Assembly (NCBI GenBank): GCA_937873425.1
Contig: CALMYE010000303.1
Span: 50,928-114,927 of the forward strand
Reading direction: 5' to 3'
DNA: 64,000 nt
Source of the DNA: an uncultured Sphingopyxis sp.
GTDB lineage: Bacteria > Pseudomonadota > Alphaproteobacteria > Sphingomonadales > Sphingomonadaceae
The stretch's first letter is position 1, and each line of letters starts with the position of its first letter. The position numbers were made by a program, and so were the translations under genes. Positions 58,337 to 64,000 of this stretch are shown piece after piece. A model generated the notes under the pieces. That model had not been told where the DNA came from, did no database searches, and saw only the letters and a program-made list of their open reading frames with translations.

Positions 58337-59464
58337 TCAGGACGTTGAAAGCTTGGCTAGTCGCAGAGCGTGCTCTCGCTTGTTGCCGTACATCTCTTGC
58401 AAAGCGAGTCCGCGCTTGTAGTGGTGTGAGAGTTCATATTCGTCCGTCAATCCGATGCCCCCGTGAAGTTGGATTGACTGCTTGCCAATGAAGTCAAAGG
58501 CTTTTGCGACCGTTACCTTGGCGGCGGAAACGAGCTTGGCAGCGTGATGTGTTCCCGCCGGAAAGATGCACAGCCCGGCAACTACACTTCGTGCCAATTC
58601 GTAATGCATGAGCATTTCGGCCAGACGGTGGCGGACTACCTGATTTCCGGTGAGCGGACGCCCAAACTGAACACGACTGTTCGTGTACTCGGTCGTCAGT
58701 TCGAACATCCGCCTCAAAATCCCCAGGCTTTCGGCGACAGCTGCGCGGGCACCCCGGTCATGCATGCCTTCAATAGCGCGGACAGCACCTGCGCCACTGG
58801 CGACCATCGCTGCGGATGTTAATCTGGTGTTTTCGAATTCAAAGTCCGCCGCCAAGGTCCCATCGATGAGCCTGTACGTCCTGGTTGAAATCCCTTCGGT
58901 TCCTGCCGGCACAAGCAATAGTATCAAACCATTCTCAGCGTCCTCATTCGCCAGAAGGGCGCTAACCAGGAGAAAGTCTGCCTCTGGATAGGAAACGACG
59001 TGCTTGGTGCCCCATAGTGTAATGTTTCCGCCATCGATCTTCGCTCGGCACGCGATTGCGGCAGCGTCGAACCGCCTGGCACCTTCTGAGAGCGCAACGC
59101 CGACGGTTTTGGTTCCTGCCTGCATCTCGGCAGCCAGGGTTCGCGCCCGACCCTCGTCGTCGAATTCCTGGAGGGCTACCGCAGGTATGACAATGTTTTC
59201 CGAAAATGGCTCAACGGCCAGCCGGTAACCCAATTCTTCCTGTATGATAGCGATTTCCGCTGCTGTTCCGCCAAGACCGCCCAAACCATCAGGGATTGGC
59301 AAGGACAACACGCCCAGATCCGCCAGCGCTGACCAGTTTTCCGGATCGTATCCGCGGCGCTGCTCCAGAAACTGCTGTCTGTGCGCAACGGAATACCGGT
59401 CATCAAGAAACCTTGCGATGGTTTCACGGTACATCGCCTGCTCTTCGGTAGGGTTGAAATGCAT
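58337..59464 (-). CDS. Acyl-CoA dehydrogenase (PimD-like small subunit)
   Basis: RVQFGRPL, IQLHGGIGLTDEY. Confidence 0.9.
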   Translation of the reverse strand: MHFNPTEEQAMYRETIARFLDDRYSVAHRQQFLEQRRGYDPENWSALADLGVLSLPIPDGLGGLGGTAAEIAIIQEELGYRLAVEPFSENIVIPAVALQEFDDEGRARTLAAEMQAGTKTVGVALSEGARRFDAAAIACRAKIDGGNITLWGTKHVVSYPEADFLLVSALLANEDAENGLILLLVPAGTEGISTRTYRLIDGTLAADFEFENTRLTSAAMVASGAGAVRAIEGMHDRGARAAVAESLGILRRMFELTTEYTNSRVQFGRPLTGNQVVRHRLAEMLMHYELARSVVAGLCIFPAGTHHAAKLVSAAKVTVAKAFDFIGKQSIQLHGGIGLTDEYELSHHYKRGLALQEMYGNKREHALRLAKLSTS

Positions 59465-59808
59465 AATAATCCCAAAAAGAGTTTCGTGTATAATTTTGAT
59501 GCCGCGCTTTGATTGCGTTGGCAAGAGATTTAGCAAGTTTAGGTCCTTATCCCTCTGTCACGAGAGGCGAATCGCCGAACGATCCGCCGCGATCTGAGTG
59601 CTCGGAGTCTGCCAGAAATGGCTGAATTCCGTGCCTTGATAGCAGCGTCGCGAATGAGTGCAGGGAAATCGCAGGTCACTGCCCGCTTCGCCGTGCGTCA
59701 AAAGTATAACAGTGCGTATATAGTGTTGCAATCCAACTCTGTGGCTGTTATCTGGCGGGCAATCAGAGCGTCCGGGATTCATGCCGCGCTGAGGGAGATG
59801 GAGAGGAA

Positions 59809-61761
59809 ATGAAAGCCCTAGAGCCGATCTCGATCGCCGGTGTCGAAATCCCGAACAGGGTGGTGCGAACCGCTCACAGCACGCATTTTGGTAGCGGCGG
59901 AATTGTCCCCAGCCTTATAGACTATCATGTCGAACGTGCGCGTGGCGGCGTTGGTCTGACGATTCTCGAAATCGCAGGGGTGCATCCCACCTGCCCGTCT
60001 TCGATCTGCAACTTCGACGATTCGGTAATCGAAGGGTACGAACAATTGATGCGGGCCATCCGGCCCCACGGCATGCGGGTGTTCCAGCAATTATGGCACG
60101 CGGGACATAACGGGGTCCCAATTGACGGGAGCCCCCCATGGTCTTCCTGCGATCTTCCAAGCCCGGTGCTCGGGATAGTGCCCATCACGATGAGCCAGTC
60201 CCAGATCCGGGAGATGGTAGAGGCTTTCGCTGCTGCTGCGGAGCGCTGTCAGAGGGGCGGGATCGACGGGGTGGAGCTGCACGGCTCGCATGGTTACCTG
60301 CCGCAGCAATTCATGTCCGCCATGCTCAATCGGCGAGAGGACGAATATGGCGGCAGCTTCGAGAACCGGATGCGGTTCACCGTGGAAGTGCTGGCGGCAA
60401 TTCGCGAGCAGGTCGGCCCCGGCTACCCCGTGGGCATTCGCCTCAGCCCCGAAATCGTCGAAGGCGGAATGACGCCCGAGGAAACAGCCCGCGCGGCCAG
60501 CTATCTCGAGGAACGGGGGCTGATCGATTTTCTCGACGTATCGATGGGCGGGTATTTCGCCTTTCCCAAGATGATCGGCGGAATGTTCGAGCCGGCGGGT
60601 TACGAGCTGGCGACCAGTGCGCCCGTGACCGCGGCGGTAAAGGTTCCACGGATCGTTACAGGCAGGTTTCGTACGCTTGAGGAGGTCAGTCAGGTCATTG
60701 CCGAGGGGACGGCGGACCTAGTCGGCATGACCCGCGCGCACATTGCCGATGCCGCGATCGTCCGCAAAACGCGCGAGGGGAGGGAGGCAGAAATCCGCCC
60801 CTGCATTGGCTGCAATCAAGGTTGCGTCGGAATGCTGCTCGGTCCGGAACGGCGTATGGGGTGCACGGTCAATCCCTATATCGGGCGGGAAGGCGAAGTG
60901 AGCGACGATCGTCTGCCGCCCGCAGATGCAAAACGAACGGTACTGGTCATAGGAGGCGGGCCGGCAGGGATGGAGGCGGCTCGGGTTTCCCGGCTGCGGG
61001 GACACAACGTCATTCTCGCCGAAGCGGCCCCCCAACTTGGCGGCCAGGTGAGGATCGCGGCGCTGGCTCCCCGGCATCAAGGGATCGGCGATTACACTCT
61101 TTGGCAGGAGGCGGAAATCTATCGCCTGGGCGTCGATGTGCGGCTCAGCACATATCTGGATGGGGGCGATGCCGACGCTTTCGGAGCGGACCGGATCATC
61201 ATTGCCACCGGTTCCAGTCCGCGGGTGGACGGGGTCCAGATGGCTATTCCCGCCCGCCCCATGAAAGGAATCGAACATCCCGATGCAATATCATCGATCG
61301 ACTTTTTTTCCGGTCGGCATAATTCCTGCCCTGCCAGTGCGATAGTGGTCGATGACGTCGGGCATTACGAGGGCATTGCGGTCGCCGAAGCGCTCATCGA
61401 GCGTGGCTCGGATGTCACTTTCGTCACCCGTCACAAGTCCTTCGCCCACCTGCTCGAATCGGCGTTGCAGCCAGTGCCGGCGCTGCAGCGTCTCAACCGC
61501 GGGAGCTTTCGCCTGCACCTGCGCTCGCACGTGGATTCGTTCAACGGGTCCGAGGCAGTCATAAGCGATCTGAACGGCGGAGGCACAAGCACCGTCCGGG
61601 CAGATTGGGCAGTTATGGTCAGTCATAACCGGCCTGCGATCGAGCCATTTGCCGATCTTCTGGGGACCAGATCCGACATCGCGATTGTTGGGGATGCCAA
61701 CAGCCCGCGCTTTCTTCTCCGCGCGATCGCCGAGGGGAACCGGGCAGGCTGTATGGCATGA
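59809..61761 (+). CDS. NADH:flavin oxidoreductase (OYE barrel + 4Fe-4S + FAD/NAD domains; DCR/BaiCD-like)
   Basis: ELHGSHGYL, CIGCNQGC...C, VIGGGPAGMEAA. Confidence 0.92.
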   Translation: MKALEPISIAGVEIPNRVVRTAHSTHFGSGGIVPSLIDYHVERARGGVGLTILEIAGVHPTCPSSICNFDDSVIEGYEQLMRAIRPHGMRVFQQLWHAGHNGVPIDGSPPWSSCDLPSPVLGIVPITMSQSQIREMVEAFAAAAERCQRGGIDGVELHGSHGYLPQQFMSAMLNRREDEYGGSFENRMRFTVEVLAAIREQVGPGYPVGIRLSPEIVEGGMTPEETARAASYLEERGLIDFLDVSMGGYFAFPKMIGGMFEPAGYELATSAPVTAAVKVPRIVTGRFRTLEEVSQVIAEGTADLVGMTRAHIADAAIVRKTREGREAEIRPCIGCNQGCVGMLLGPERRMGCTVNPYIGREGEVSDDRLPPADAKRTVLVIGGGPAGMEAARVSRLRGHNVILAEAAPQLGGQVRIAALAPRHQGIGDYTLWQEAEIYRLGVDVRLSTYLDGGDADAFGADRIIIATGSSPRVDGVQMAIPARPMKGIEHPDAISSIDFFSGRHNSCPASAIVVDDVGHYEGIAVAEALIERGSDVTFVTRHKSFAHLLESALQPVPALQRLNRGSFRLHLRSHVDSFNGSEAVISDLNGGGTSTVRADWAVMVSHNRPAIEPFADLLGTRSDIAIVGDANSPRFLLRAIAEGNRAGCMA

Positions 61762-61826
61762 TAGAGTTCGTATTGAGAGCCGAGAGTGCAGTTGCTGCTA
61801 GATAAATTGATGGAAAGAGGACGACC

Positions 61827-63071
61827 ATGACTTCTACGGTACAAGATGCGGATCCCGCCCAGTTGGATTTTGCCAATCCGCAGGTGATGGAGTGTCCCTA
61901 TCCCATCTACGAGAGCTTGCGTGAAAAAGCGCCGGTTTACTTCGCGGAGAAGTTGGGATTCTGGCTCATTACCCGCTACGACGATTGCCTGAATGCCATC
62001 CGCGATCCACAAGTATTTTCGAGCAAGATGGGTTTTCGGCCCGGCTCGGTTCCCGATGAGGTAATGCGGATTTACAACGAAGAAGGCTTTGGGGATCTTC
62101 CCGATACCTTGGTCAGCAACGATCCGCCATCGCACACGCGTTATCGCAAGCTGGTCGACCGCGCTTTTACCGCCGGTCGCGTGCGTCAGATGGAAGATTA
62201 CATGGTGGTGGTCGTCAGGGAATTGATCGACGCCTTTATCGAGAAGGGTCGCCTCTCGGTCATGCAGGACTTCGCTGTCCCCGTTCCCATGTATGTGATT
62301 GCGGACCAGCTGGGCGTGCCGCGCAGCCACCGGGACAGGTTCAAGGAATGGTCGGATTCGGCGGTTGCCCCGCTCGGCCTGCTTTTGTCTGACGAGAGAA
62401 AAATCGAATGCGCCAAAAGTGCAGTCGAAATGCAACATTACTTCGTTGAGGTCTTTGCCGATCGCCGGGCAAATCCGCGCGACGACATGATTTCGGATCT
62501 GGTCACCAAGGAAATCGACGGAGCTCCGTTGAGCATCCCGGAACTCCTGTCGATCCTCAATCAGCTTCTCGTCGCCGGCAATGAGACCACGACCAGCGCA
62601 ATCGCTGCGTCCATAGTGCGCCTGGCCAACGAGCCCGAACTGGTCGAACTCCTCGCCAAAGAACCGGGCAAATGCGACAATTTCGCAGAAGAAATTCTGC
62701 GTCACGAGTCTCCCGTCCAGGGACTGTTCCGGATGACGACTGCGGATGTCGAGGTCGCCGGCGTTACCATTCCCAAAGGCAGCCTTGTAAACCTTCGCTA
62801 TGGCTCGGCGAACCGCGACGAGCGAAAGTATGAATGCCCCGAAGTATTCAACGTGGCTCGCGCGAACGCGTCATCCCATCTAGCATTCGGGGCCGGCATC
62901 CACCACTGCATCGGCGCTCAGCTGGCGCGTCGCGAAATCGCGATCGCCGTGCGCGAACTGACGGCCCGGCTGAAGGACATCCGCCTGGTCGAGGCGGACA
63001 AGATTTCGCATGCGCCGAGCGTGATCCTGCGGGCTCTCAATGAATTCGAGATCGAATTCTCGAAGCGGTGA
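61827..63071 (+). CDS. Cytochrome P450
   Basis: AGNETT I-helix, EEILR ExxR, FGAGIHHCIG heme motif. Confidence 0.96.
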   Translation: MTSTVQDADPAQLDFANPQVMECPYPIYESLREKAPVYFAEKLGFWLITRYDDCLNAIRDPQVFSSKMGFRPGSVPDEVMRIYNEEGFGDLPDTLVSNDPPSHTRYRKLVDRAFTAGRVRQMEDYMVVVVRELIDAFIEKGRLSVMQDFAVPVPMYVIADQLGVPRSHRDRFKEWSDSAVAPLGLLLSDERKIECAKSAVEMQHYFVEVFADRRANPRDDMISDLVTKEIDGAPLSIPELLSILNQLLVAGNETTTSAIAASIVRLANEPELVELLAKEPGKCDNFAEEILRHESPVQGLFRMTTADVEVAGVTIPKGSLVNLRYGSANRDERKYECPEVFNVARANASSHLAFGAGIHHCIGAQLARREIAIAVRELTARLKDIRLVEADKISHAPSVILRALNEFEIEFSKR

Positions 63072-63091
63072 GATCCCAGGTGAGAACAGAC

Positions 63092-64000
63092 ATGACCTAC
63101 GACTATGATGTAATCGTGATTGGCGGCGGAGGGGCCGGGATGGCAGCCGCCATCACGGCTTGTGATTCCGGCGCGCGCGTGGCGCTTCTGGAAGCCGCAA
63201 ACCAGCTTGGCGGCTCGACGGCATTGTCGGGCGGTGTGGTTTATGGTGCCCCGACCAGCATCCAGCGGGCTGCCGGCATCGACAGCGACACAGTCGATGC
63301 AATGTTCGAATATTACATGACCTTGAACCAGCACAAGGTGGAACCGTCGATCGTTCGGCGGCTCTGCGAGTTGTCCGGACCGGCGATCGAATGGCTCATC
63401 TCGATGGGGGTCGAGTTCGATCCGGCTGAACTGTATGCCTCCGGTGTGGAAAGCGTTCCGCGAGGCCACAAGACAACGGGCAACGGCGCCGCCTTGTCAG
63501 AGGTGCTGGACCGCGAGGTCAACCGCCGCAATATCGACGTTTCGCGGGGCTGCCGCGTGACCGCGCTGCACACAGACGAACACGGTTGTGTGCGCGGCGT
63601 CGTACTGGATGGCGAGACCGTAAGCGCGAATAGCGTGATAATCGCCACAGGAGGCTTCGGTCACAACCGGCTCCTCCTGAACCGTCACTATCCCGAAGCC
63701 GCCCAGCACGGCGATTGGACTTGGGCCATAACCGCCAAGACCTGCACTGGCGATGGCCTGTTGATGGGCCAGGAAGTCGGCGCGGATATTGCCGGTCACA
63801 ATCGCGGGTTGCTGCTGACCACGCCCGGTTTCTATCGCGATCTCGAAGTCTTCGTCCCGGGCTGGCTGGTCTATGTCAACCGCGAGGGGCGCCGCTTCAT
63901 CAACGAAACCACCGAATATGCGGTCATGGCCGGGGTCGTGAAGGACCAAATTGGCGGGTCTATCTTTGCTATCTTCGACGAGAATGCACGCGCCACTGCC
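63092..64000 (+). CDS. FAD-dependent oxidoreductase, KstD/fumarate-reductase superfamily (3' end outside window)
   Basis: Hand-translated: DVIVIGGGGAGMAAA, LGGSTALSGG, IIATGGFG, TGDG, YVNREGRRFINE; absent from the ORF track. Confidence 0.88.
   Translation, partial: MTYDYDVIVIGGGGAGMAAAITACDSGARVALLEAANQLGGSTALSGGVVYGAPTSIQRAAGIDSDTVDAMFEYYMTLNQHKVEPSIVRRLCELSGPAIEWLISMGVEFDPAELYASGVESVPRGHKTTGNGAALSEVLDREVNRRNIDVSRGCRVTALHTDEHGCVRGVVLDGETVSANSVIIATGGFGHNRLLLNRHYPEAAQHGDWTWAITAKTCTGDGLLMGQEVGADIAGHNRGLLLTTPGFYRDLEVFVPGWLVYVNREGRRFINETTEYAVMAGVVKDQIGGSIFAIFDENARATA

Noticed and set aside
1-64000. CRISPR array, rRNA, tRNA
   Set aside because: No regularly spaced repeat-spacer pattern or structural RNA signature noticed by eye; a covariance-model scan would be needed to exclude them formally.

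Overview
Alphaproteobacterial (Sphingomonadaceae-like) accessory DNA in four blocks. (1) 1-8.5 kb: a complete isopeptidase-type lasso peptide cluster. A TonB-dependent receptor and S9 isopeptidase converge on cyclase C, protease B and a 45-aa precursor that the ORF track missed (predicted core GSNENIAPDGVQPRQPLGIVVD). A GntR gene and an uncharacterised membrane-anchored LuxR cassette follow. (2) 9.6-37.4 kb: an F-type conjugative transfer region (dsbC-traALEKBVC-traW-traU-split traN-trbC-trhF-traF-trbB-like-traHG) with a candidate entry-exclusion gene and four toxin-antitoxin modules. No relaxase or coupling protein is in the window. (3) 37.5-53.5 kb: two IS pile-ups around a TonB receptor and a secreted protein, with insertion order readable from IRs and target duplications. 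One is IS630 > IS1111-type IS110 > IS5 + IS481. The split IS110 3' non-coding region carries guide-like matches to its own target and donor junction, and the target motif recurs at the 5' ends of other IS elements here. (4) 53.6-64 kb: a lipid/steroid-like catabolic cluster (four acyl-CoA dehydrogenases, crotonase, flavin/Fe-S ene-reductase, P450, KstD-like flavoprotein). No rRNA, tRNA or CRISPR array was seen. All family assignments are by motif recognition; no searches were run.
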